From Candidatus Aminicenantes bacterium (GTDB taxonomy: Bacteria; Acidobacteriota; Aminicenantia; Aminicenantales; Aminicenantaceae), in the NCBI GenBank assembly GCA_003648765.1, contig QMPV01000001.1, positions 290 through 64,289 on the forward strand: a stretch of 64,000 nucleotides of DNA. The letters are read 5' to 3'. The translations under genes were made by a program, and so were the position numbers. Position 1 is the stretch's first letter. Each line of letters opens with the position of its first letter. Of the stretch, positions 55,016 to 64,000 are shown in pieces. The notes beneath the pieces are model-generated. The model saw only the letters and a program-made list of their open reading frames with translations. It was not told where the DNA came from and ran no database searches.

Positions 55016-57129
55016 ACTTGTTCAGCAATCTTTTTAAAATTAATCACATCTAGAGTTCGACCATAAATTATCAAATGATCATCGCGGTGCAAGACATAAT
55101 CCTTATCCGGCATAACCTGCTTTTTCCTCTCTTCACGTCCAGAAAAAACACTCTGGGCGCCTTCTTCGACCATTAGGACATCAATTCGATATTTATTTCT
55201 TAGTTGGAGTTCACCGATTGACTTGCCAGCGAATTCTTCTGGCACATCGACCTCCGCCAAGGAGAATCCAGGAATTACTTCTTGGAGAGCGTCTTCTTGA
55301 AGGGTTTTGAATTCAGAAGCCAGGCCTTCCGCCAGATTGAGTCGGTTCAGCAGTTGATTGTAGGCATTGAGGACGTCCTGGTAGTGAAGGGTGCCAATGA
55401 TTTGGCGGGGATTGGCGCTATCAAGGACAGGGATTTCTTCTACCCGGTGGTGAGCAAAAATTTTCATAGCTTCTTCCAGGGTATCATCAGAGCGTAAAAA
55501 GACTACATCTGGATCAGCTATATCGGAAGCTAAAAGAAGATGGTGGAGTTGTTCATATTCAGCCAGAACGTAACGGAGAGTGTTGGACTTAATAACCCCA
55601 GTGATTTGATTGTTTGGGTTAACCACATAAATAGTGTCGTGCTGACTATCCAAGAATTTTTTGATGACTTCGGAAGAAGGAGCTGATTCAGGCAGGAGAA
55701 GGATATCGGGTCGGGTAACTTCTTTGACTCGGATAGAGCGGAGAATATGTAGATCGCGGCCGAAGGCGTAGGTATAGCCCTCTCGTCTTAATTCCCGCAG
55801 GTAAATCGAGCCCCGCAAGGCGATGTGGGTGACTACATGGCTGCCCACTGTGCCTAACATCAGCGGCAGGATGAAGTGATAATTGTTGGTCATCTCGAAT
55901 AAGATGAGAATGGCGGTGATGGGGACGGAATTTATCCCGGCGAGCATGGCGCCCATCCCCACCAGGGTATAAGTTGTGGGGTCGAGATGAAGATGAAAAA
56001 GAATATTCAATCCTTGGGAAAAAATGAAGCCATAGCAGGCCCCGAGGAACATAGAAGGAGCGAATATCCCTCCGAAACCGCCGGAACGGAGAATAAAGAT
56101 AACCAAGAAGAATTTCAATAAGAAAAGGATGAGGATGGTCTGGCCGGTGAAACTATGAGCTAGCATTTTATTAATGCTGGTATAGCCAATGCCCAAAATT
56201 TGAGGTTTCCACCAGCCGGCAGCCCCCATGAGCAACCCGATACTGATCATTACTAGCAAGGGAGAAACTTGCCGCTGGTAGAGACGGGCAAAAGTTTTCT
56301 GAAAAAATTCACTAGTTTGGATAAAAGCTATGGAGAGTAATCCGGCTCCCAAACCTAAAAGAAGATAAAAAACAAAGGTGGAATAGGAGCCTAAGACTAG
56401 TTCACCGAAAATAAATTTGGGTTGATTTCCCAAAAAGGCCCGGGAAACAGCACTGGCGGAGACGGAGGAGAGAATAAAAGCGGTCAGAGCCGAAGCATGG
56501 AGGTCGTTAAGAAGAATGACTTCGATGCCGAAAAACACACCAGCTAAAGGCGTGTTGAAAACTCCGGCTATAGCTGCTCCAGCTCCTGCCGCAGTGAAGA
56601 TTCGGAGTTTATCTCCTTTCAAGCGAAAAAGCTGGCCCAGAGCCGAAACTACGCCGGCTCCACTTTGGGCAGCGGGAGCTTCCGGCCCCACTGTTCCCCC
56701 GGTGCCCATACAGATAGCCGGAGCTAGGAAATGAAAGAGAGTTGATTTAAGAGGAATGAAGCCGTTGCGGAAAGAGACTGATTTAATTACATCAACCACT
56801 CCTTTCTGCTTGGCCTGTTGCGGGAAGCGGTGAGCCATCAACCACTGGATAAGCATTCCCACCGCTGGGATAAGGATTATCCAGTAGGGCAGACGGCCAG
56901 GAAAGGCGGCTTCGAAATCAGCCGGCAGAAAGAAAGTGTTCATCCAATGAATAAATTCGTGGAGACCGACAGCGGTTAAACCGGCGGCCATTCCTAAAAT
57001 TACGGAGAAAAAAATCAAACTGGTATAGTCAGAAAGTTGATGAGGGGGACTTTTGGAGACCTTTCGTCCTGGCCACCAATTTTTTACCGAACGGAGCTGA
57101 AATTTTTTCATCGCAGACTTGATCGACAA
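55012..57129 (-). CDS. ClC family voltage-gated chloride channel/transporter with C-terminal CBS domain pair
   Basis: 705 aa with ClC motifs (GTGGTVGPEAP, GGFGGIFAPSMFLGA) and C-terminal CBS-like repeats. It overlaps the upstream gene's stop by 4 nt. Confidence 0.85.
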   Translation of the reverse strand: MSIKSAMKKFQLRSVKNWWPGRKVSKSPPHQLSDYTSLIFFSVILGMAAGLTAVGLHEFIHWMNTFFLPADFEAAFPGRLPYWIILIPAVGMLIQWLMAHRFPQQAKQKGVVDVIKSVSFRNGFIPLKSTLFHFLAPAICMGTGGTVGPEAPAAQSGAGVVSALGQLFRLKGDKLRIFTAAGAGAAIAGVFNTPLAGVFFGIEVILLNDLHASALTAFILSSVSASAVSRAFLGNQPKFIFGELVLGSYSTFVFYLLLGLGAGLLSIAFIQTSEFFQKTFARLYQRQVSPLLVMISIGLLMGAAGWWKPQILGIGYTSINKMLAHSFTGQTILILFLLKFFLVIFILRSGGFGGIFAPSMFLGACYGFIFSQGLNILFHLHLDPTTYTLVGMGAMLAGINSVPITAILILFEMTNNYHFILPLMLGTVGSHVVTHIALRGSIYLRELRREGYTYAFGRDLHILRSIRVKEVTRPDILLLPESAPSSEVIKKFLDSQHDTIYVVNPNNQITGVIKSNTLRYVLAEYEQLHHLLLASDIADPDVVFLRSDDTLEEAMKIFAHHRVEEIPVLDSANPRQIIGTLHYQDVLNAYNQLLNRLNLAEGLASEFKTLQEDALQEVIPGFSLAEVDVPEEFAGKSIGELQLRNKYRIDVLMVEEGAQSVFSGREERKKQVMPDKDYVLHRDDHLIIYGRTLDVINFKKIAEQV

Positions 57130-57407
57130 TGGACTAAGTTTTATTCTGATGAAAGAATAATAAAAGATAATTCCCGGAGATTCAACTGGTAAAGTTCTTT
57201 ATTAGTTCCGTGAACCTGATGGAAATATGTTTCAAAATGTAATTATGTTAATTTAGAGGGGGGTGACTAACCCAGCAGATTAAACTCAGGCGGGCTTTCT
57301 CTTGCAGACTTTCTGGCTACTTCTTGCCCGGTTGGCCAGGGGAAGGTATAATTGACATCGGGTGAAAGCTTTAGTAAGTTGAGATTGACCAAAAGAAGGC
57401 CAAAGGA

Positions 57408-57827
57408 ATGAAGATCCCAGCTCGAATTAGATATGCTGTCAGAATACTGATTGAATTAGGCAAGAAAAAGCGAGAGCCCCTGCCTCTTCACGAAATAGAA
57501 AAGACACAACGAGTTTCTTCCAAATTTGCCAAGCAAATTCTTCAGCCATTGGAGCGCTTCGGGCTGGTAGAAGGACGGCGGGGTCGAGGGGGAGGATATT
57601 GCTTGCGTCTCGAGCCGGACAAAATCACTCTTATGGATATTTTCCAGGCAATGGGAGAGAGTATGCACCCAGCACCTTGTTTGGAAGCTGTTGGCCTCTG
57701 CCCTCGGGAGAATTATTGTGGAGCGCGGGATGTCTGGGAGTCATTGGAGAGGATATTAACTGATTATTTTGGTCGGACCACAATTAGAGATTTAATCAAC
57801 AAAGAGCAAGCCACCGGTCCAGATTAA
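57408..57827 (+). CDS. Rrf2 family transcriptional regulator (IscR/NsrR-like, Cys-containing)
   Basis: 139 aa with an N-terminal wHTH (RYAVRILIELG...PL.L.EI) and three Cys (C..E..C....YC) consistent with an Fe-S-binding Rrf2. Confidence 0.8.
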   Translation: MKIPARIRYAVRILIELGKKKREPLPLHEIEKTQRVSSKFAKQILQPLERFGLVEGRRGRGGGYCLRLEPDKITLMDIFQAMGESMHPAPCLEAVGLCPRENYCGARDVWESLERILTDYFGRTTIRDLINKEQATGPD

Positions 57828-57866
57828 TTTCTTATTAATCGCCTATTAATCTGTTATTAATCTCTT
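57823..57866. repeat. four phased copies of ATTAAT(C) at exact 11-bp spacing
   Basis: ATTAAT occurs at 57823, 57834, 57845 and 57856. The units are attaatttctt / attaatcgcct / attaatctgtt / attaatctctt. The first copy contains the Rrf2 stop codon. Confidence 0.8.
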
Positions 57867-57933
57867 TAAGCTGCTATGACTAAGGATGTCTTTTTTTAAG
57901 CGGAGGGCGATAATTCTCTTAAGATAACCCTGA

Positions 57934-58761
57934 TTAGACCTCAGTTTGAGGAAGCTCTCTTTCTTCAAGTATTTTTTCTAGGGAGATTCCCTTTTTGGCC
58001 AAATATTCGGAGATCAACTTGGGTCCGAGGCTCTCCAACTTCGGTTGCAGGGAGGCCACGACCTTCTCGGGAGTGACATCTTCTTGGATATTGAAGAAAT
58101 TTCTTTTCCAATGGATAAAATAACCGGAGAGACAGATAGGTTGCACCCGGCGATAAAAATCCCGCCGAAAGATATCTAAGATGGACTTTTTCTGTCGGTC
58201 GAGGCTGTTAAAGTCAATCTTGGCGCCCAGCTTGAGCAGCACATCTCTTCTTTCCTGCCGAGTGTTGAGATCATAGAGAATAGGTAGGTATTGGACTTTA
58301 TACCGGCGGGCGAAATTTTTGATTATTTCCAAAAATTCTGGAAAATTATCGGCGGTTACCAAGAGTTTAGCCCCATTAGGAGCCTGTTCCCAGTTGGCCC
58401 CGTCAGTGAAAAAAGGGATATTGTGTTCCAAGGCATAAACAATGCTTCCTAAAGCCATACTGGCCCGACAGGGGATACACCAGGCGGTTTCGTTCCCGTA
58501 TTTTTTCTTAGTTTCTCGATAAGTTTTGACTCCTAATTCTTTAAAAAAATTTTTGATGTCCATAATTTTGTGGACAAACTTTTCTGGGCCATGGATTTTT
58601 TGGAGAAGTTCCACATTGATCCGATTAGCTTTCAGAGCCAGATGTAGATAACCCTTATTGAAAGTCAGCAGGTGAATTTTATCATATCGGGAGGCCAAAT
58701 AATGAGCGGCGTAGAGAGAGTCGATTCCACCGGAGAATTGAAGAATAACTTCCTTTTTCAT
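57934..58761 (-). CDS. PP-loop (adenine nucleotide alpha-hydrolase) family ATP pyrophosphatase, QueC/ExsB-like
   Basis: 275 aa with the N-terminal PP-loop LQFSGGIDSL (SGGxDS) and Cys-rich CIPCR. The exact subfamily is uncertain. Confidence 0.6.
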   Translation of the reverse strand: MKKEVILQFSGGIDSLYAAHYLASRYDKIHLLTFNKGYLHLALKANRINVELLQKIHGPEKFVHKIMDIKNFFKELGVKTYRETKKKYGNETAWCIPCRASMALGSIVYALEHNIPFFTDGANWEQAPNGAKLLVTADNFPEFLEIIKNFARRYKVQYLPILYDLNTRQERRDVLLKLGAKIDFNSLDRQKKSILDIFRRDFYRRVQPICLSGYFIHWKRNFFNIQEDVTPEKVVASLQPKLESLGPKLISEYLAKKGISLEKILEERELPQTEV

Positions 58762-59227
58762 ACGGGTCTCCTTAATTAAAGATTTGTTTCTTAATTGATT
58801 TAATCAAAAAAAGCAAGGGCTAATTCTCCCTTCTTTTGAGGAGCCCCCGCTCAGGGATTTTTACTCGAGTTTCTTCCCAAGTCAAGAGGCCACTCCTTTA
58901 TTATCAGCTGAAATGAAGCTCATTATATCATATTTATCAAAAATGTAATCTAATTAGTTACCATTTATCTTTAAATTTTTTTTCGTTGGTTTGGGAGAAG
59001 GCAGGCAGCTGCCAAAGGGCAAAACTCTTAACTTGCTTGGAGACTTGATTTCATTCAGCTAGGAATAGATTTTCTTTTTGGGCCGGCCATTAATTGAAAA
59101 TTCTTTGGCCGGAGAGTTTCCCTGAAATTTTCGGAGGCCTTGTTTGGCGGATGATTTATTTTCCCTTAGTTGTTTTATAGAATAAAACCTTTCCTCAACT
59201 AGAAGATAATTGACGAGGAGGCTGGAG

Positions 59228-59782
59228 ATGAATGATTTTAGCTTGATGAAACCAGAGATACATCCCCGAAGTTTTGTCGCTGAGCAAGCAGTGGTGTTAG
59301 GAAAGGTGGTGCTTCAAGAGGGAGCGAGTATCTGGTTCAATGCTGTGGTGAGAGCTGACCTGGCCGAGATAATTATCGGTCGTAATTCCAATGTTCAAGA
59401 TAATTGTATTATTCATGTAGAAAGTGGGGCTGGTACGTATATCGGAGAAGGGGTCACCATTGGTCATGGAGCCATCCTGCATGCCTGTCGGGTAGGGGAT
59501 AATTGTTTAATCGGGATGGGGGCCATTATTCTCGATGGGGCCTCTATTGGTCCTAATTCTATAGTGGCGGCCGGTTCAGTTGTCCCCCCGGGCAAGACTT
59601 ATCCCGAAGGTTCTCTTATTCTGGGGGCGCCGGCTACAGTGCGGCGGGCCTTAACTCCAGAAGAGATCCAACAGAATAAGGCCAGTGCCCATCGTTATCG
59701 ACGCTACTGGGAAATCTATCAGAAGCAAGGCATCTATCTCTTTCGTCCAGGAGAAGGAATAATTCGAAAAAAGTCCGATTAA
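59228..59782 (+). CDS. gamma-class carbonic anhydrase-like / hexapeptide-repeat (LbH) protein (YrdA/PaaY/CaiE family)
   Basis: Left-handed beta-helix hexapeptide repeats with the His ligand pattern (IHVESGAGTYIGEGVTIGHGAILHAC). The preferred start is the ATG at 59228 behind a GAGGAGG RBS. Confidence 0.85.
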   Translation: MNDFSLMKPEIHPRSFVAEQAVVLGKVVLQEGASIWFNAVVRADLAEIIIGRNSNVQDNCIIHVESGAGTYIGEGVTIGHGAILHACRVGDNCLIGMGAIILDGASIGPNSIVAAGSVVPPGKTYPEGSLILGAPATVRRALTPEEIQQNKASAHRYRRYWEIYQKQGIYLFRPGEGIIRKKSD

Positions 59783-59905
59783 ATTAGATTAATTAATGAG
59801 TGGGGCCAGAAGTTTTTTCCACCATCTTCTTGAATCCTGGGGCTCTTTGTGTCAATATTCAAAGTAAGCCATAATTAAGATTAATTCGTTAATGGGAGGA
59901 ATTAA

Positions 59906-61357
59906 ATGAACGATGCTTTTAAAGATTTGAAACCGGCCTTACTTTGGCAACATTTTGCTAAAATTTTGGAGATTCCTCATTGTTCGGGTCATGAAGAGGC
60001 TTTAGGTGATTATATAATTTCAGTGGCCAAAGCCAACGGCTTGGAATGGCAGCGGGATGCTGTGGGTAACGTGGTGGTCAGGAAAAAAGCTTCGCCCGGT
60101 CATGAGCAGGCCACCGGAGTGATTCTTCAAGGTCATCTGGATATGGTGTGTGAGAAAAATTCCGATGTCGAGCATGATTTTAGTCGGGATGCTATTCAAC
60201 CGGTAAGACAAGGAGAATGGATTCAGGCAAAGGGGACAACCCTGGGGGCGGATAATGGCATCGGGGTGGCCGCTGCTTTAGCTGTTATGGAGGATGATTC
60301 TCTAGTTCATGGCCCCTTAGAATTCTTATTCACAGTGGATGAAGAAACGGGTTTGACCGGAGCCACTCGTCTTGAACCCGGTTTTCTTCAGGGGAAGATG
60401 TTACTTAATCTAGATAGTGAAGAAGAAGGTTCTTTTACCATCGGGTGCGCCGGAGGAGCTGATACAGAAATAATTTATCCTTTAGCTCGGCAAGAGAAAC
60501 AGAATCATTCCTTCTGGCAGGTCAAAGTCTCCGGTTTAAGAGGCGGCCATTCTGGTCTGGATATTAATCAGGGTCGAGGCAACGCTATAAAAATTCTGGC
60601 TCGTCTTCTGTGGGAAGTTTATCAAGAGTTGGACTTTTCTCTGGTCAGTTTTACGGGTGGAAATAAACGTAATGCTATTCCTCGGGAAGCTTGGGCCGAA
60701 ATAGCTCTACCGCCCGAAAAAGAGAATGAATTTAAGACAAAGATTGAGCAGTTATTTCAAGACGTCCAGTTTGAATTGAGAGTCGTAGATGGAGGTGTTC
60801 GGCTGAGTTTGGAGCAGACTTCTAGCGATTTTATCCCCTTAACAGCAAGTTGCCAGCGGACATTATTCAATTTTCTCTTAGCTTTACCTCATGGAGTTAT
60901 TTCTATGCATCCAGAAATAGAGGGGTTGGTGGAAACCAGCACTAATTTGGCTATCATCAAGACTCATGAGAAAGAGGCGGAAATAGTTTGCAGTTCCCGT
61001 TCTTCAGTGGCCTCAGCCCTACGGAGTGTTCGGGAAGTTATCCGCGCTTGTGCCCAGTTGGCCGGGGCGGAAGTGACTCAGCCCGAAGGTTATCCCGCTT
61101 GGACTCCCAATTTGGATTCGCCTTTGCTGAAGACAATGAAAGAAGTATATAAGAAAACTTTTGGACAAGAACCTGAAGTGGGGGCTGTTCACGCTGGACT
61201 GGAGTGTGGCATTATCGGGGAAAAGTACCCAGGAATGGATATGATTTCTTTCGGTCCCACCATTGAACATCCTCATTCTCCAGAAGAACGAGTTCATATT
61301 GGTTCAGTGGAAAAATTCTGGAAATTTTTAACCGCCGTTTTAGCCACTTTGGCCTGA
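59906..61357 (+). CDS. pepD: aminoacyl-histidine dipeptidase (M20C, PepD-like Xaa-His dipeptidase)
   Basis: 483 aa. The N-terminus (LWQHFAKILEIPHCSGHEEAL) and the overall M20 metal-ligand pattern match PepD. Confidence 0.8.
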   Translation: MNDAFKDLKPALLWQHFAKILEIPHCSGHEEALGDYIISVAKANGLEWQRDAVGNVVVRKKASPGHEQATGVILQGHLDMVCEKNSDVEHDFSRDAIQPVRQGEWIQAKGTTLGADNGIGVAAALAVMEDDSLVHGPLEFLFTVDEETGLTGATRLEPGFLQGKMLLNLDSEEEGSFTIGCAGGADTEIIYPLARQEKQNHSFWQVKVSGLRGGHSGLDINQGRGNAIKILARLLWEVYQELDFSLVSFTGGNKRNAIPREAWAEIALPPEKENEFKTKIEQLFQDVQFELRVVDGGVRLSLEQTSSDFIPLTASCQRTLFNFLLALPHGVISMHPEIEGLVETSTNLAIIKTHEKEAEIVCSSRSSVASALRSVREVIRACAQLAGAEVTQPEGYPAWTPNLDSPLLKTMKEVYKKTFGQEPEVGAVHAGLECGIIGEKYPGMDMISFGPTIEHPHSPEERVHIGSVEKFWKFLTAVLATLA

Positions 61358-61358
61358 G

Positions 61359-62309
61359 ATGAAAGGGATATTTCTGATTGAACGTTGGAGACGAGTTGGG
61401 TTTTTTGTCTTTTTTCTCTTATTGCTGAGTTTATCTCTCCAACCTAGCGACAACTCTGCTGCCTCAGCCCCAACCAAACTCCGGGTGGTGACGACTATCC
61501 TGCCTTTGCAGGAGTTTGCCCGGGCGGTTTGTGGAGAAAGAGGTGAGGTAGACTTGCTGATTCCTCCTGGAGTAGATATCCATTCTTGGAGTCCGCGACC
61601 TTCCGATATTCACCGATTAGCTAGAGCTGATTGTCTGGTTTATATTGGCCGTCATCTGGAGCCCTGGGTCAAGGATATCACGGGAAGCTTGTCCACCAGC
61701 CGACTTCGCCTCATAGAAGCGGCCCAAGTGATTGATGATTCTTCCGGACGTTTTTCGTCCTCTGGAAAAGCTGAGGCTCAGGCTGATCCTCACCTGTGGC
61801 TTGATTTGGAATTAGACCAGCGAATAGTTGATCTCCTGGTGCGGGTTTTTTCAGAATTACTGCCTCAAGAAGCCGATTATTTTCGCCAAAATGGAACGAT
61901 TTATCAGCATCGGTTGGCTGAGTTGGATCAACTTTATTTCCAAAGTCTCAAAGATTGTCAGAGCCGAACCTTTATTGTGGGTGGACATGCCGCCTATGGC
62001 TTTTTGGCCCGACGTTACGGTTTGACTCAACTGGCTTTGACTGGGGTTAATCCTGAGGCTCAGCCCTCGTCTCTTTCTTTTTTGAAAATAGTGAAGCGGT
62101 TGAAGAAGGAAAAGGTCAGGGTTATTTTTGTCGAACCTTTTTCTTCACCTCGGATGGCTCAAACATTGGCGCGGGAAACTGGGGCGGAGATTATTCCTCT
62201 TAATCCCGGGGTTTTTCTTCCACCTGAGGAAAAAACTGGGCCCTGGCCTTTTTTGTCCATTATGAAAGATAATCTGGAGAAATTGAAATATGCCCTCGGC
62301 TGCCGTTGA
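61359..62309 (+). CDS. metal (Zn/Mn) ABC transporter substrate-binding protein, TroA/ZnuA cluster 9 family
   Basis: Signal peptide, the His-rich metal site pattern (DIHSW, DPHLWLD) and the SBP fold. The start is 2 nt after the pepD stop. Confidence 0.85.
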   Translation: MKGIFLIERWRRVGFFVFFLLLLSLSLQPSDNSAASAPTKLRVVTTILPLQEFARAVCGERGEVDLLIPPGVDIHSWSPRPSDIHRLARADCLVYIGRHLEPWVKDITGSLSTSRLRLIEAAQVIDDSSGRFSSSGKAEAQADPHLWLDLELDQRIVDLLVRVFSELLPQEADYFRQNGTIYQHRLAELDQLYFQSLKDCQSRTFIVGGHAAYGFLARRYGLTQLALTGVNPEAQPSSLSFLKIVKRLKKEKVRVIFVEPFSSPRMAQTLARETGAEIIPLNPGVFLPPEEKTGPWPFLSIMKDNLEKLKYALGCR

Positions 62310-63069
62310 TAAAGGACGCTTAGATGTTCCTTTGATTGAAGTTAAGGGAGTCTATTATAGTTACAATCATCTGGAAGTGTTGACTGATGTTCATCTCAAC
62401 GTCTACAGTGGTGATTTTTTGGCCCTAATCGGACCAAACGGTGCCGGAAAAACGACCTTAATAAAGATCATTCTTAAGCTCCTTAAGCCTAAAAGGGGGG
62501 AAATCAGACTTTTCCAACAAAAACTCAAAGATTTTAAAGATTGGTCTCTTATTGGTTACATTCCGCAGAAAGCCACTCATTTTGACCCCCTGTTTCCTGT
62601 TTCGGTGAGAGAAGTGGTGGCCATGAATTTACCACAAGCGCGATGGTATGATTTCTGGACCAAAAAAATGAAGGAAGAAGATGTCATCCAGGCTCTTAAA
62701 GTGGTGGGTATGGAAAATTACATCGATGAGAGGATCGGTTATTTATCTGGAGGTCAACAGCAACGGGTCTTTATAGCTCGGGCCTTAGTTAGTCAACCCA
62801 AGGTCCTCATTTTGGATGAGCCGACTACCGGTGTGGATGCCCTTACTCAGGAGAAATTTTACGATTTACTGGCCAAGCTGAATAAAGAAAAAGGCTTAGC
62901 CATCATTCTGGTGACTCATGAAATTGGGATTATTAATCGCCACATAAATAGAGTTGCTTGTATAAACCGCCGTCTGGTTTATCATGGCAGTCATGCAGAG
63001 TTCTGCCAGTCTGATTTTTTCAGACAAATGCTCGCCGAAGGTCATCATATGATTTGGCATAAACACTAA
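62290..63069 (+). CDS. metal ABC transporter ATP-binding protein (ZnuC-like)
   Basis: Walker A GPNGAGKTT, signature LSGGQQQRV and Walker B ILDEP. It overlaps the SBP gene by 20 nt. Confidence 0.9.
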   Translation: MPSAAVDKGRLDVPLIEVKGVYYSYNHLEVLTDVHLNVYSGDFLALIGPNGAGKTTLIKIILKLLKPKRGEIRLFQQKLKDFKDWSLIGYIPQKATHFDPLFPVSVREVVAMNLPQARWYDFWTKKMKEEDVIQALKVVGMENYIDERIGYLSGGQQQRVFIARALVSQPKVLILDEPTTGVDALTQEKFYDLLAKLNKEKGLAIILVTHEIGIINRHINRVACINRRLVYHGSHAEFCQSDFFRQMLAEGHHMIWHKH

Positions 63070-63081
63070 GGCGAGTCAAGA

Positions 63082-63903
63082 ATGCAGGTTCTTTGGTCAA
63101 GCTTCCAATATGGCTTCTTCCAACGGGCCTTGCTGGCCGGTCTGGGGGTGGGTCTGGCCTGTGCTTTGCTGGGAGTTTTTTTAGTTTTACGCAAAGATGC
63201 CATGATTGGACATGGCCTGGCTCATATCTCCTTCGCGGGAGTAGCGGTGGGTCTTTTCTTTGGATGGTTGCCTCTCTTTTCAGCTTTAGGGTTGACGGTG
63301 GTGACCGCGGGTATTTTAGTAAAAATTCGTCAGCGAGCTGGGGTCTACGGAGATACAGCTATAGCTCTGGTGAGTAGCTTTGGCTTTGCTTTAGGAATTC
63401 TCCTGGTCAGCATGAGTGAAGGGCTGAATGTCAATCTGTTTGCTTATCTTTTCGGAGATATTTTGACCATTTCCACTTTGGAAGTTGAAATTTCCTTGAT
63501 TTTGGCGGCGGTAGTGGTTCTGGTAATTATTTTCTCTTTTCGTGATTTTCTTTTTGCTACTTTTGATCCAGAGGCGGCTCAAGTGGCCGGGATCCCAGAG
63601 AAAAGAGTTGAATTTTTGTTGACCATCCTGGCTGGGGTGACGGTAGTTCTTGGGATGAAAGTAGTGGGGCTCTTACTCGTCGTCGCCTTAATGGTTATTC
63701 CAGCCGCTTCGGCTTTGCGGGTGGCCCGGAACTTTCGCCAGGCGCTTCTACTAGCCGTTGTTTTTTCTTTAAGTGAGATCATGGTGGGACTTTGTCTTTC
63801 TTTTCTACTGGATATTCCAGCTTCAGCAGGAATTGTGCTCTTAGGGTTTACTGTGTATTTAGTGGTTCTCTTTTCCGGGATCCGCTGGCCCCGGAGAATT
63901 TAG
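63082..63903 (+). CDS. metal ABC transporter permease (ZnuB-like)
   Basis: 273 aa and polytopic with the ABC-3 family pattern. It is the last gene before the window end. Confidence 0.88.
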   Translation: MQVLWSSFQYGFFQRALLAGLGVGLACALLGVFLVLRKDAMIGHGLAHISFAGVAVGLFFGWLPLFSALGLTVVTAGILVKIRQRAGVYGDTAIALVSSFGFALGILLVSMSEGLNVNLFAYLFGDILTISTLEVEISLILAAVVVLVIIFSFRDFLFATFDPEAAQVAGIPEKRVEFLLTILAGVTVVLGMKVVGLLLVVALMVIPAASALRVARNFRQALLLAVVFSLSEIMVGLCLSFLLDIPASAGIVLLGFTVYLVVLFSGIRWPRRI

Positions 63904-64000
63904 TCAGAAGAAGAGGCAGTTTCCTCTTGAACTAATTTAGCTAGCGTTTGTTGAAAGACAGAGTAAGCTTCCTGACCGTAGAGACAGAAGATTATTTCCT

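Noticed and set aside
63904-64000. Possible minus-strand gene entering from the window end
   Set aside because: The reverse-strand frame ending at 63904 hits an in-frame stop within about 12 codons. No supportable ORF exists in the remaining 97 nt.

Overview
This 64-kb window reads as chromosomal DNA from an anaerobic, fermentative bacterium. GC is moderate, genes are densely packed on both strands, and there are no transposase, integrase, phage or CRISPR signatures. The lineage cannot be assigned from sequence alone. A secreted protein resembling the VWFA-related family common in Acidobacteria-like lineages is the only hint.

Recognisable content, in order:
- A dnaX(3' fragment)-ybaB-recR housekeeping operon.
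- A single-chain pyruvate:ferredoxin oxidoreductase, followed by a separate four-subunit 2-oxoacid:ferredoxin oxidoreductase operon (gamma-delta-alpha-beta).
- A GntR-regulated glycyl-radical enzyme (GRE) operon: activating enzyme, a ~787-aa Cys/Glu-type GRE, and an Xaa-Pro aminopeptidase.
- A K+ channel and paired M16 peptidases in one operon.
- A sigma-54 NtrC-type response regulator whose 3' end runs into a clearly recognisable RNase P RNA gene (rnpB).
- A (CTT)10 microsatellite.
- A stand-alone nuoJKLMN complex I membrane-arm operon.
- An initiator tRNA-fMet behind a near-consensus promoter.
- Two orphan CheY-like receiver genes.
- A C-N hydrolase, and a NusG paralog followed by a DegT sugar aminotransferase.
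- An fmdB-hyuA-hyuB-Nramp operon.
- RidA, a tricorn-like protease, and a PAS domain fused to a degenerate GGDEF.
- A two-gene operon of paralogous unknown proteins, one carrying a degenerate HD-GYP-like domain.
- An SbcD/SbcC-like pair whose ATPase carries internal transmembrane helices.
- A ClC channel, an Rrf2 regulator, PepD, and a metal ABC transporter.

Most worth a second look: the GRE operon coupled to a prolidase-type peptidase (candidate peptide-linked hydroxyproline/proline GRE chemistry); the cluster of degenerate c-di-GMP-domain proteins with a shared novel N-terminal domain; the membrane-anchored SbcCD-like pair; and the rnpB/CDS overlap with an internal promoter. All functional calls rest on motif and architecture recognition by eye. 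No database search was possible.
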